From NCBI GenBank assembly GCA_012295275.1, contig CM022674.1:2418001-2482000 (forward strand): a DNA stretch of 64,000 bases, in the 5' to 3' direction. The translations under genes and the position numbers were made by a program. The notes beneath the pieces were generated by a model. It saw nothing but the letters and a program-made list of their open reading frames with translations. It was not told the DNA's origin and searched no databases. The DNA comes from Chrysomallon squamiferum. Its lineage: Eukaryota > Animalia > Mollusca. Below, in pieces: positions 32,716-47,610 of the stretch. Each line of letters begins with the position of its first letter. Position 1 is the stretch's first letter.

Positions 32716-33475
32716 GAACGGACGGAAGTTATTCGACGCGCGAAATACGGCACGCGCAACAAACATTTTCGCGCGCTTTCTCTTCGCGCTTCTCGTTCGT
32801 CGTCTGCGGAGATAGCTATGTCATTTGCGACCATGCGTGAAAGTAGACTTGTCTTCTCTCAACAAACGCGATGTCGGAAACAGGTGAACTGTGGTAAGAG
32901 CAAGGTGTGATGACGTTCCACGCGAAAATTCCGCGGTGAGGGGTGAAGGGTGAGGGTGTGTGTGTGTGTGTAGGGGGGAGGGTTGCGGAGAAAAGAATGA
33001 CATCTGATCGCAAAACAATTATCGTTTGCAGCGTGGCCTGGAATTCCTCCGTCCTAATGACCTTCATGTGTGGCTGATGGGAAAAGCTGGCCTAAAGAGT
33101 TTAGAGTTTAGAGTTTAGTTGTCTCTTTCCAAATAAATCGGGAGGACGGGGACCTCTCGGATCGAATCCGTTAGGTTTTAGAAGATTTGTTTCAAAAGAA
33201 TAATGAGATAAAAAAAAAAAAAAAAAAAAAAAAAAAATGACCCCTTCGGAAAAAAAAAGTAATAAATAAATAATGAGTAAATTCAAATAAATCGATTATA
33301 TGTAAATAATCATATTTAAATGAAATTGATAAGTTATTTATTTAGTTTTTATGTTTATCACGATGAATCTCCTCGTTGTCATTATAAGACTATTTTCAGT
33401 TTTAATCGTTATCAGTATTAGTGATATAATCCATACAGTCATCTTATTTAGTTTTATCTTTTATACCCTCTCCTT

Positions 33476-33627
<152 letters not shown>

Positions 33628-33840
33628 AGTGTTTACAATCAGACTTACCCACCCAACTATCTGTGGTCTGTCTGTGCATATGTCTTTGTATTTCTCATTA
33701 TCTGTCTCCGTATCTCGTATCTGTAGAACACGCCTATACGTTTCTATATATAAAATAATAATAATAATAAATTAAAATAAATATTCTACGCCACCCACAC
33801 ATTATTTTTATTTTTATTTTTCCCATCATCATCATCATCA

Positions 33841-33881
<41 letters not shown>

Positions 33882-34416
33882 TCCGTTTTCGATAAAAATC
33901 GAGCATCCTCTTTCAACCCGTTTCTGTTCACAAAACTGCCAGTAACTTAGACCGCTAGGAAAGTCTGAGTTCAAAGAAACTCGCAGAAGGTTATCCAAAT
34001 ATCCACATTACATGTTTTTATTTTTTCAAACCAATTGTTTATTCCAGTTTGTCCTAGCGAACCAGTTGGTACATTTCACAAGAACCGCCTGTGTACATAT
34101 GCTGCAGGTTCCTGGGTATATCTGAAGTTCACTAGTATTTATATCTGTCATGTAAGTGTTTGAAACCGACTACATTTGGTGTAGACGCACTTTTGAAGAA
34201 GCAGAAGAATACGATGAATAACATCAACGATACGAAAACGAAGTAACATAAACAAAAATACTGCTACCACTAGTGCTACTGCCATTATTACTATTACCAA
34301 TACTACTTCTACTGTTATTATTACTATTACCAATTCTACTGCTACTGTTATTATTACTATTACCAATACTACTGCTACTACTAGTACTACTAATAAGAAA
34401 AATACTCAATAATAAC

Positions 34417-34462
<46 letters not shown>

Positions 34463-35528
34463 CCAGCAACAGCAATAAGAACAACAATAAACAACAATTA
34501 TAATAAGAACAACAACAATAAGAAGACAAAAATAACAATAGCAGCTACAATTATAATAAGAACAAGAAAAATAAGAAGACAAAAACAACAACAACAACAA
34601 TAAAACAACAATTATAATAAGAACAACAACAATAAGAACCCCAAAAACAACAACAACAACAACAAACAATTTATAACAAGAACTACACAAGAACAACAAC
34701 AATACAAAAATAAACAAAACAACAACAACAACAACAGCAACAATATATTTCAAAGAGAATGAAAAAAGCAAAAAAAAAAAATGGCAAGAACGAGGCATTT
34801 TTAAAACAAAATGAAAACCGTTGAAAATATTTCGAACAGCAGCGACACAGCAAAAAAAAAAACACACACGCACGAGCGTTGCGCGCGCACCCGTGCACGC
34901 AGAGACGAAGAGCAGGCTTTTAAATTTGTCAAACACGATCAGCGGGACGCGCTTGAAACGTGCATTAGCAGAAACAGACTTCTTGCGCGGTCGACGTCGG
35001 CTTCGCTTCGCCCGTGTGTGTGTGCATTTCACCAGATGTCGGCTCCGTTTCAACGCGGGCCGGGTTTCGCTTCAGTCTGACCATGGCCCATCGCCAGCAC
35101 CATGTCAGATCAGAGGGAAAAACCTGGACCCAGCCCTCGATGCAGAACATGTGGAGCAGGGGAGGTGGAGGGTTTTTTTTTTGACGGTTGTGTGTGTGTT
35201 TGTGTGTGTGGGTGAAGTTCGTGTGTGTGTGTGTTTAATTGTTGTTGTTTTTGTTTTGTGTGTGCGTTTAATTGTTGTTGTTTTTTGTTTGTGTGTGGTT
35301 TCAGTGCTTTTAGTAAGACGGGAGCGTGGAGTAACGGTTTGGATTGGGATAAGTTGTGTGTAGTGTGCGTGTGCTGATGGTTACATTATGATGATGATGA
35401 TGATGATCACGATGATGTGTAGTTATTATTATTATTATTATTATTACTATTATTATTATTATTTTTTATTACTAATATATTATTATTACTGTTATTATTA
35501 TTATTATTATTACTACTACTACTACTAC

Positions 35529-35583
<55 letters not shown>

Positions 35584-36384
35584 TTCCATTTATTTTAATT
35601 ATACATGAAATTAACTAACACATCTGACAAAGGTATATGTGCGTGTACATCAAGATATATTTTAAACTTAAAGCAGACAAATTATCACTGGACAAAATGT
35701 CATCTTATATAGAAATAAAAACGCTATCACTTCATGGGACCAAGTTTTAAAAATTGTTATTGTACTTAAAACCTGATAAGAGGTAATAATCAATAATCTA
35801 TTGTTGTGGGTATGAGAGTGCTAATTAAATAAATCAGTAAATAAAAAAATAATAAAATAAAATAAAATATAAACAAAAAGATTATTAAATAAATCAGTAA
35901 ATACGAAATAATAAAAAAGTAAAGTAAAATAAAATATAAACAAAAGTTGAATAAAATAAAATAACATAAAATAAAATAAAATAACATAAAATAACATAAA
36001 ATAAAATAAAATAAAATAACATAAAATAAAATAAAATAAAGTAAAATAAAGTAAATTTTATTAAATTAAATTAAATCAAATTAAATTAAATTAAATTAAA
36101 TTAAATTAAATTATTAAATTATGTATGCCATATAGATAAATGTTGCTGAATATATCAATGTACGTTTGTACGTATGTGTGTGTATGTGCGTTTGTCTGTC
36201 ACGGGCAATTTTGTATGTAGTAATATGTAGTCTGTCAGATATAAATGAAACTAAGAGAAAAACGATTTAAATTTCTTTTTCTTTTTCAAAAAACTTTTTA
36301 TTGGCTTCATATAATATAATTTATATGATAGTTAAACAATGCAGTGTTTGTGTTCAAACTGTGAAATGTCAGTGTAAGCGTACA

Positions 36385-36440
36385 TAATGTCAACTCATTA
36401 ACTGTCAACGTATAAAATGTCAATTCATAAACTGTCGACC
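36385..36440 (+). repeat. 15-bp-unit minisatellite (TGTCAA core)
   Basis: Units aatgtcaactcatta / actgtcaacgtataa / aatgtcaattcataa / actgtcgac; TGTC at 36388, 36403, 36418 and 36433. Confidence 0.75.
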
Positions 36441-37005
36441 AATACTGTGAAAAAAGTCAAATTGAGTAACAAAGAATAAGACTATGTTTTACAGAACTCG
36501 CACGTTTCAAAAATTGTACTTATAACCTCGTAATAGCCTACTATTGCCAGGAGCGAAAAATAAAATAAAATAATTGAATGAATGAATGAATGAATAAGTA
36601 AATAAATAAATGAGTAAATTAATAAATAAATAAATAACAGAATGAAAGAAAGAAAGAAATTATAGATAAATGAATGAATGAACGAATGAATGAATAAAGT
36701 AATTAATTAATGAATATTTCTGAACGAACTTCTGATCTGTTTGTTTATCTACTTGTGTATCAGTTCGTTTGGTTTATCGTGATTTTATTTCTTTTTCATT
36801 TATTGCAGTTATATAAATACAAATTAAGGAAAAAAAAAAAAAAAAACGAAAAAGAAGAAAGAAAAATACAGAAAGCATTCATAACATTAAATATTGTAAA
36901 ACATTAAAGACTTTATATATCTTAATTTTAAATTTACTCTAAGTATATAACTCGTGTCTATATATTTAGTGTGCGTGTGTTTGCGTGTGTGTGTTGTGCT
37001 GTTAG

Positions 37006-37128
<123 letters not shown>

Positions 37129-38105
37129 CTGTCTCTCTCTATCAGTATATCTTCCTCTCTCTATTCGTCAGTTTATTTATGCGCCTCATATACTTTCTAT
37201 TTTCTGTATAGCAGAGTGCAAAAAAACATACATTAATTAACTCCAGATTATGTTTGTGTTATAAGCAGACATTAATGTTTCTAGAAAGAGGATATGGCAA
37301 GTTTTAAACGTAGCCCAGTTTGCTTGACTAACCAAGCGGACACTCGCTAATGTGATAAAGACTACAAACATACGCAAAACTTTCACAAACATTCGCAACG
37401 TTCTCGAATAACAAGATCAGGTTTTTAACTGGTGGTATTAACATCTACATCCTTTTAACATAGCCCTAATTACCTCTGAATGAGTGAATAAAAAAGAAAA
37501 AGAAAAAGAAAAGAAAGAAGAAAGAAGATAGAAAGAAAGAAAGAAGGAAAAAAAACAGAAAGAAAGAAAGAAATAAGAAAAAATGTGATGTATAAATGAA
37601 TATTTGTAGGTGAAAACGAAAAAAACAAAAAATGCAAAAAAAAAAAAAAAATCATGAATAATTAGATGCTTAAAACGAGTTAAATAAATAAATTAAGAAT
37701 TTTAATAAAAAAGGAAGAAAGAAAAAAATCCCCAGAGAAAATATAAAAAAAGAAAGAAAAGAATTTTGAAAAGAATGAAAGATAGATATAAAGAATTGAA
37801 TGAATGAATGAATGGATGAACGAATAAGTGTAATAAGAACCAAAACAGTAAATGAATCAATTAAGGGAAAGAAAGAACGAGTGAACGAGTATAGTAACGA
37901 ATAATGTTGAATGAATAAATGAAAGAAGAAATGCACAATGAACGAATGAGTGCCTTACAAATGGATAAACAAATAAAATAAGGAAGACATGAACAAAGAA
38001 TGAATGAAAGAACTGATGAATGACGCACTAAACTTACTAATAAATAAATATATCAAAGTCGTTTTTATAATAATAACGACAACGAATAATAATAATAATA
38101 ATAAC

Positions 38106-38192
<87 letters not shown>

Positions 38193-38589
38193 GTAATCAT
38201 CGTAACTTCGATTCTGTTTGTTCTAGCTGTTCATTACCATTTACACATATAAATGCACACAAACATACGATACTGAATACATATAAAACAGTGCAGTTTT
38301 TATTTAAATTACTCACCATATAAACGCCTGAACAAAACGTTTTCACTTTGAGAATGACGTCATTGGCATTGTCTGGCTGACGTCATATTCTTACTCCATT
38401 AATAATTCATTTAAGAAGAGTAACAAAAGCAACAATAACCAGTGAAACTATTATACACACGCACACACGGACAAACAAACACAAAAATCACCGACATACA
38501 TAATATCCGACTTTTATTATGATTTTGTTTTAAAATAAATTTATGAATTCAGTTATGGTTTTATATATTATTTCTTTCTTTATTATTAT

Positions 38590-38636
<47 letters not shown>

Positions 38637-38850
38637 TTATTATTATTATTATTATTTAGTGCATTCTTTTCATTCATTGTTTAAAGCAGAACTTCTTCAA
38701 TTTACAAATAAAATAGGAAATTTCATAAATTTATGTTCAGGAATTCCTTCAGAATTATATTATTTGCGAAGAATCAAACAAATCAAAACTTAATGAAAGA
38801 CAGTAACAACAGATTTAAAAAACAAAACAAAAGAACAATAAACAAATATA

Positions 38851-38890
<40 letters not shown>

Positions 38891-39117
38891 ACCCCCCTAA
38901 AACCCCCCCACGGATTTCTTATAATTGTTAGAGTAATAATTAAATAAATTACTTTAAAAAAAAAGAAATAATAAAATAAAATAAATAAAGTAAAATAAAG
39001 TAAAATAATGTATAATAAAATAAATAAATAAATGAATAAATAAATAATAAATAAATAAACAAAGAAACAAATAAAATAAAAGCAACAACGACAGCAGCAA
39101 CAGTAATAATAGTACAT

Positions 39118-39186
<69 letters not shown>

Positions 39187-39379
39187 TATCTAAAAACAGT
39201 ATTGCGGAAATATACATTAAAGTATTCCAGACTATACTTCCAGCAAATAAATTAACAAATAATATACATATATATCATATTTTATATGGACTACAGATGT
39301 ATATAATTTATTAAAACTATCTTAGGTACAACATAGCGGGAGCAATCTAACCACTGTCCTAACACCTCCCCCCACCCTC

Positions 39380-39698
39380 AGTATCAGACCCGCTGACACT
39401 ACGTGCGTGTTTCACTAATTTAAGTTCATTCTCATCAGTCTTAAGAGAAAATCAAAACACTTCGTTCAAATCGGCTGTTTATCGTCACGTAGTAAAAACC
39501 GTTACAAAACGTAGTAAGAACCGTTACAAAACGTGCGTTACGTGATTGACAGATTTTTGACTCGTGTAGCGTTCGTTCGTTCGTTTCGGTGTGGTTCTGC
39601 TGTTTGCATCATCAACTTTTGTGAAGTACGTCATGGAAGTATGCACCTTTTCGTAACCTTTAACCTTTTACGTAACCATTCGACTTGTTCTGTGTAAC

Positions 39699-39700
<2 letters not shown>
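39380..39700. promoter_or_regulatory. Candidate promoter/enhancer island
   Basis: CpG-rich unique sequence with four ACGTG cores (39401, 39486 reverse, 39531, 39540) and TGATTGACAG (39543). Confidence 0.4.
39489..39534 (+). repeat. 22-bp tandem duplication
   Basis: gtagtaaaaaccgttacaaaac followed by gtagtaagaaccgttacaaaac. Confidence 0.85.
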
Positions 39701-39742
<42 letters not shown>

Positions 39743-39857
39743 CCAATTCCGTAGGTTTACAAAATATTCGGTGCATGTTTTTACGAAACGTGTTTAATGT
39801 TTTGAATACTGATTTGAACGAGGAATGAAAACTAACTAGTGTAGGTGTACGTGTGAG

Positions 39858-39894
<37 letters not shown>

Positions 39895-40010
39895 GAAAAA
39901 TGGTCTGTATTAACAGTTTATCGTTCAAGGAATGAACAACACACTGAAGAGAATTTGCCAATTATACAGAAAAGCACGCGACATTTGTCAAACAGAAAAG
40001 ACTGCACACA

Positions 40011-40044
<34 letters not shown>

Positions 40045-40130
40045 CATACACACAAACGTATAATTACATATATACATGTAAACATATATACATACATATA
40101 TATACATACATTATATATACACATATGTAC

Positions 40131-40173
<43 letters not shown>

Positions 40174-40908
40174 TACATGTTCATAGTTATATAGTATATA
40201 TATAAACACAAATACACATACACACATAAAACAACAACAACAATATTCTCTTCAACATAAAAAAAAAGGATTTTTGAAATAATAAATAAATCAAAATCAA
40301 AGTCAGTTATGCAGAAACAAAAGGATAGGACTTCATCGTTTGATGACAAGAAAGGGAGGTCACTCTATCCTGACAAGATTTGAAAAAGTGAATAAGTTTG
40401 AGATGTGCGGATAGACTATCCTGGTAAAGCGAATATTTGTATGCAAAATAAAATAAAATAAAGAAAATAAATAAATAAAAGAAGTAAAGTTAAAACAAAT
40501 TTGATTCTCGTGAGCAAGAGGGAAGCAGACCCTTTAAAGAAACGTTTTATTTCTGATCATTTCTCCACGTTTTTTTTGTTTATTGATTTTGTGCTTTAAT
40601 GTTGCTGTTGTTCTTTTTCACTGTTATTGTTATTCTTCGTTTTTTTCTTCTCTTTTATGTTTTCCTTTTCCTTTTTAATGATGTAATAATGATATCTGTA
40701 TCTGCTATAATCATCAGCTTCACTGTTATCATCATCTTCATCATCATCACCTAAAGCATCATCATTAAATCGGCATCATAATTAAACAGAACAATTCTAT
40801 TGTTAACAGCATCATTGTTGTTATGGTTGCGTTGTCATCGGTGTTGTTATTGTTACTGTTGTTAATATTATTATCGTTGTCTGTTTTAGTGTTTGTAATG
40901 ATAAATTA

Positions 40909-40956
<48 letters not shown>

Positions 40957-41067
40957 CATACAAAATATAAAATTCAATGTTCACAATAAATTTTAACTTT
41001 TTAATAATTAATACTAGAATTAAAATAATTTTATGTTTTAGTTATAATTTCATTTGTATATTTATTA

Positions 41068-41138
<71 letters not shown>

Positions 41139-41452
41139 ATGGATATAAAATTAACATAAGGTAATATAATATTATTATTATAATAATATTTCCTTTCATT
41201 TTGTTTCGTTTTATTTAATTCATTTTGTTATTCTCTTTAATGTTTTACTGATTTATTATTTTTTTTGACGATAAGCATCAGTAATATGGCATTTAAAAAA
41301 ACAAATAATTATTTTATTTGAAGGAAAGAAGATTTGATGAGTCTCTCTCTCTCTCTCTTCTCTCTCTGTTTCTCTCTCTCTCTCTCTCCCTCTCTCTCTC
41401 TCTCTCCTCTTCATTAAATCCATCAAAACATACATTCTCAACAACTATATCG

Positions 41453-41487
<35 letters not shown>

Positions 41488-41544
41488 AAAAACCAACCCA
41501 GTCATAAGCCATATGGTGACTGAAACTGACAATATGAAATAGGG

Positions 41545-41645
41545 TGTAATTGACAATATGACACCTGTGTTATGACAGCATCACAAATCTGTTATGACGA
41601 ATATGAGTCTGTTATGACCTATTTGAGGGTGTTATGACAATATTA
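41545..41645 (+). repeat. Degenerate ~20-bp minisatellite with invariant TGTTATGAC core
   Basis: TGTTATGAC occurs at 41568, 41590, 41610 and 41630 with divergent spacers. Confidence 0.8.
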
Positions 41646-43181
41646 CGAAATTGTTTTGGGATGTGCAAAATGCTCGGCTTAGAATATCGTTCGTTTCTGT
41701 CCTTTCAACCCTTCCCGCAACATGCGCTATGGAAATATCAAATGAACAGCGCAGAGCAATGTTGAAAACAACCGTCTCATTATTATGGAAATATGCTAAC
41801 AAATACAATAAATAAAACAAGAAAACAGATGAAGATTTAAAGAAACTGACGTTTTGACATTTCTTTGAGATTTGGGTTTGAGGTACGAAAGGAATAACGC
41901 AAAAATAATAGCAATGAAAATGAATATGTTTCTACAATTAATAAAAGAAAGAAAAGAAAAGCATTGCTGTTACTTTGTTGTTGTTGTTATTTTATTTATT
42001 TATTTATTTATTATTATTATTTCTATTATTATTTTTGTGTTTGTATTGTTTTCTCTGTTAGTTTTTATTATTATTTTTTTTTTTTCTAATTTATTTTAAT
42101 GTTCTAAGAAATAATATTACAATAATGCTACTGACAAAAAAACAAAACAACAAAATATACTTACTTTCGTAAGTTAGGAGGCAACCACGTGCATAGACAC
42201 ATACAAACACATACACGTTTATACACACGCGTTTGTGTGTGTGTGTGTGTGTGTGTATAAACTTTTAATGCAGTCAAAAAAAATAAAAAAATAGGATGAT
42301 AACAACATATACACATCAACAGAAACAAAAATCCGTTTACATGTATTTATATTTTAATCATAATGTCATTATTTATTTTAATTTTTTTCTTCTTTTCATT
42401 TATTTCTTCTTTATGTATTCATTATCACCTATATAACAATTTTGTTACTGCCATTTCTCAGTCATTCATTTTATATATTTAACTTCACCTGCAAACCTGC
42501 TCTATTCACTGTAACAGCATAATCCGAAACTTTCAACGATCTGACGAAACTCTACTGTCCAAAAACGCGGCGGTCACAGACGCACGTGCGCACCGCGAAA
42601 CCCCCCACCCCCGCCCTTACGTCAATTAGCCCGGAATAAGAGACGGTTCGCGAAGATGTAATCGTAAACTTTTCTCCGTTGTTTGTTTCGTTTAAAATCA
42701 AGCGAAATGCTTTTAACTCGTCGGCCACACCGTGATGATCTCTGCGTACAGCTACCACGGGGAGAATCCACAACCTCGTCGTTCTCAGCTTACTCTCCTC
42801 CGAGAGAGGTTGGGATGCGATGCTATCGGGGCAGAGTCTGTGTGTGTGTATATTTTGGAAAGCGCGTTTACCGTTTACGGTGTACGCTAATACATCACTG
42901 GGGTTTCCGCAGAGGAACGCTGCACCGCGCGTGCTTTAAGAGTTCGCCTGCCGCTGTTTTGACAAAGGTGTCACAATTAGATTGTTGTTGTTGGCACGTC
43001 GCTCTCGGCGTTGTGAAGGCAAACATTTTAGCGAATCAAAACAACAAAGTTCAAGCGGAGAGAACGAGTGAGTTAGATCGAGAGAGAGGGAGAGAGAGAG
43101 AAAGAGAAAGAGACACACGCACGCACACAAAGAAAGAGAAAGAAAGAGGGAGAGAGAGAATGAGTGAGAATTAGAGAGAGG

Positions 43182-43260
<79 letters not shown>

Positions 43261-43486
43261 GAAAAATAATAGAGAAATAAATAAAACAAATTTATTTTTA
43301 AAAACAAAGTGAATCGAAACAGCAACAACAATAAAAATGGAAACTAAAAGCCGTTAAATTGACAGATATTTTTTTTTTTAAATATTTGAATGTAAGAAAA
43401 TAGATGAAAAATAGAAAACATTAAAAAAAAGAAAAGAAAAAGATAACTGAGGAAAAGATAAATAAATAACTAATAAAATAATAAAA

Positions 43487-43533
<47 letters not shown>

Positions 43534-43734
43534 ACAAAAAAAAAAAAATTAAAAAAAACTAAGTAGATATGATATTAGTAATGACGATGATGATAGTTAA
43601 AAATAAAAATAATAACCACAAAAGTAACTACTACAACAAGAGTAACAATAATAATGATGATATGATTACGAAAATTATGACAAATAACAGTAAGAACAAC
43701 AAATAATATTAATAGAAAAATAACGACAACGCCA

Positions 43735-43783
<49 letters not shown>

Positions 43784-43820
43784 TACATAATTATATCCGT
43801 TCTCCTCTAATCAAAATAAC

Positions 43821-43917
<97 letters not shown>

Positions 43918-44539
43918 ACAACAACAACAACAACAAAAAACGCGTCTGGTAAAACAACAAGGAAATGTAGAGAACGCTATCGTTGAAGATACGTCACGTT
44001 TAGACAGCTACAACGCATTATTTTATTAGCTGTGTGTTGAGTGACAAATTAAGAGGTTGCATACTAACTATTACGTCTTGTACAAAGTCGTAAATTACGT
44101 TCTGTCATTTGTCAGAATATGGCGGCTACAAATTAAGGAATGCCTCTTGCCAAGGAAAGATAAATCGCTCTCTGGTTTTCTTTAAAGGAAAAAAAAGAAA
44201 TCTCACTTTCTGTATATCATTTTTCGCAGGTGATGTTGTTAATGTGATTTCAGTATTTCTTTCTTTCTTTCTTTCTTTTTACGTCATTCGTTCTTTCAGT
44301 TCTTCTTTCTTTCCTTTTCTTTTTTTTTTTTTATTGGTTATTTTCATGAAAAAAATTGCTGTATAGAGAGTATATAAAAATCACTGGGAGTGAAATTAAA
44401 TTTCATTTTATTATTTTATAACTTTTATAAGTTTGAAATTATACGAACAAGATGAAAACATAATAATAGTCGATCAAGGTATATAATTATGTTTTTGTTT
44501 GTGCGTATGTCTCTGTGTGTGTGTGTGTGTGTGTGTGTT

Positions 44540-44575
<36 letters not shown>

Positions 44576-45193
44576 AACACACACATGTATGTATATATGT
44601 ATGTCTGTATGCATATATGTATGTCTGTATGTCTACTTGTACGTTTTTATATCTGTGTATATTTATATAGTGCATGTTCAATAAAACACACACACATACA
44701 TTTTTTTAAATTATTATTATTATTATTTTTTTTTTTTTTTTTTTTCTTGCAAATATCTCAAGCAGACGACCAGATCAGCCATTTTCAAAGAATCGCTGGA
44801 CCGTCTTTCATCGAAAACGTCTTCTTACTGCGATCGTTTACACTTCCAAGGAAAAGTTTCTGGCGTGTATTTTGACTCGATGGCTGTTTTGTTTATCCTG
44901 CTTCTAATCAGAGGGTCACGCTGACGACAAATCCCTTCAGACTGTGCCAGAGAAATATTTTAGCTACTTCGCCTAAACAAACAAGAAATTTTTATACGGA
45001 CCGAATTCTCGGGCGAAAAAAAAATAAAATAAAAAAATAAAAAAATTTAAAAAATTAATCACGACCCAGGCTGCTGACAGTTAGGGCGCCAGGAAATAGA
45101 GACGTTTGATTGGTTGTTGATAGAGGCCACGTGACCCAAGATTTTAAATTTTTTTATTTTTATGTTATTTATTTATTTTTTGCTCCGTGTTTG

Positions 45194-45283
<90 letters not shown>

Positions 45284-45612
45284 TTTATTTATTTATTTAT
45301 TTTTATTTTTTATTATTTTATTATTATTATTATTATTATTTTCTTTTTGATCTCTTTTGCTTTGATCTTGATAAAATGTTATTTATCATTATTTAGTTTA
45401 AAAAAAAAAAGAAAACAAGAAAACAAAAAAGGGTACCAAAAATAGAAGAAAAGATTATTATTTTTAATTATATTTTGCACTAGTAAACTTATCGTTGTCT
45501 TTATCGGTAAAACTGTCACAGCTTTTTGTGTTGTTACTGTTATTAAGCAGCAGTAATATTAATATTTAATTATTATTATAAGAGAGAGAGAGAGAGAGAG
45601 AGGGGGGGTGGT

Positions 45613-45651
<39 letters not shown>

Positions 45652-45719
45652 GATATTTTTGAAAAACTATTCTCTACTCTCAAACGTATCAGTGACTTCT
45701 TATCTCCTTCATTTGTCAC

Positions 45720-46030
45720 CCGAAATAAACATCCTCAGTTTGCTACATTCCTACACATCGACCCTCCTTTCGGCAACCTTTGACCTCACACAACTTGTTT
45801 TTATCATTTATGACATGTCCATAGCCCAAGTTCTTTTTTATTTTTTTTACCCTGTCTTCGCCCAGCCCGGGAGACAGAATGCAGACCAGGAGAAATCATC
45901 TGAGGCCCAAGAAAAAAAAAAAAAAAAAAAATGAAAACAGTGTTTTTAAAAGATACCGGACAGACTAGCGCTTATAACAGTAAGCCATTTTGTCACAGGT
46001 CATAGGTCACGATGTGTCGGAGTTACGGGA
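45720..46030. promoter_or_regulatory. Candidate nuclear-receptor enhancer
   Basis: Perfect DR1 AGGTCA-T-AGGTCA (45997-46009), an imperfect DR1 on the minus strand, AGGTCA-A-AGGTTG (45774-45786), and a forkhead site ATAAACA (45725). Confidence 0.4.
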
Positions 46031-46066
46031 CCTGATAAGTTAAATATCCTGTATGTAGCATAACAG

Positions 46067-46192
<126 letters not shown>

Positions 46193-46502
46193 AATAATTA
46201 TAATAATAATAATAATTGTAATAGTGATTTCGGCAACTACTGTTAAAAATCAAACACAACGTATTTTCTTCTTTTATCAGTAGGTAATCAGCATATGCAC
46301 GTATGTACGTATGTATGTATGCACGTATGCACGTATGTATGTATGTATGTATGTATGTATGTATGTATGTATGTATGACTGTATGTATTTGTAAATATGC
46401 GTATGTGTACGTTAATGTGTGCGTATCCACTTAATTGAAAATATAATTTAAATATAATTATTATTTTTAATAAATCCACTCTTTCTACATTTATACATAC
46501 AT

Positions 46503-46585
<83 letters not shown>

Positions 46586-46611
46586 TTTGAGAGTAGAGAA
46601 TCGTTCCTCAA

Positions 46612-46698
<87 letters not shown>

Positions 46699-46965
46699 CC
46701 TTCTGTCATAATGAAAATTTCCCATGAGTCAGTGCAGAGGTCAGGATCAAATTAAGGCAGCTGATCGGCAGCATGTGACGCCCGTGGGTCACCTCCCCAT
46801 TGAAATTAGGGAAGTGCTAACAGCGACAATGAAAGGGTTAAATCTCTTAATTAATAACATTATGTGACATGGGAAAGTTTGACAATACACAAAATCTATA
46901 ACAAAGATGTGCTAACACATTATTTTATGAAGAAACCGTGAGACCTGCTTTAATTTATTTATCAT

Positions 46966-47023
<58 letters not shown>

Positions 47024-47064
47024 ACTACTACTACTACTATTACAACTACTACTACTACTACTAC

Positions 47065-47101
<37 letters not shown>

Positions 47102-47191
47102 GTTGTTGTTGTTGTTATTATTATTATTATTAGTGTTCTTGTTGTTATATTTGTTTCTGGTTGATATTCTTATTATTTTTATTGCTATTAT

Positions 47192-47247
<56 letters not shown>

Positions 47248-47563
47248 TTATTATTATTATTGTTACCACTCAGTATCGTGTCTTTATTAAGAACACAAAC
47301 AATAGCGTTGCTGTAGTAGATGTTAGTGTTTATTTACTCTTCTACTGTTTGTGTTGTTGCTACCGTTATTCTTTCTACGTTGCTGTCGTGCCTCAGTGAC
47401 AGACCACTCGGCTAAAAACTCGGACTCAATCGGTTGGTCACTGTATGTTAGGACGAGGTAGGATAGGAAGAGTGGATGGACGGACAGTGGTCAGTGTTGT
47501 TATCCTGTCTGTCACTTTATTCCGCTTCACAGTGGTGTCGTAATTACCTTGAACAGAGGGAAA

Positions 47564-47610
<47 letters not shown>

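Noticed and set aside
33140-33180. B-box-like GGATCGAATCC (tRNA/SINE head)
   Set aside because: No cloverleaf or clear A-box; too degenerate to call.
34811-35363. Overlapping ORFs in a GC-rich island
   Set aside because: Open on several frames and both strands with no domain signature, and they run into (GT)n repeats; more likely non-coding.
41568-41638. Repeat-spacer pattern resembling CRISPR
   Set aside because: 9-bp repeats and 11-13 bp spacers are far too short, there are no cas genes, and the context is eukaryotic.
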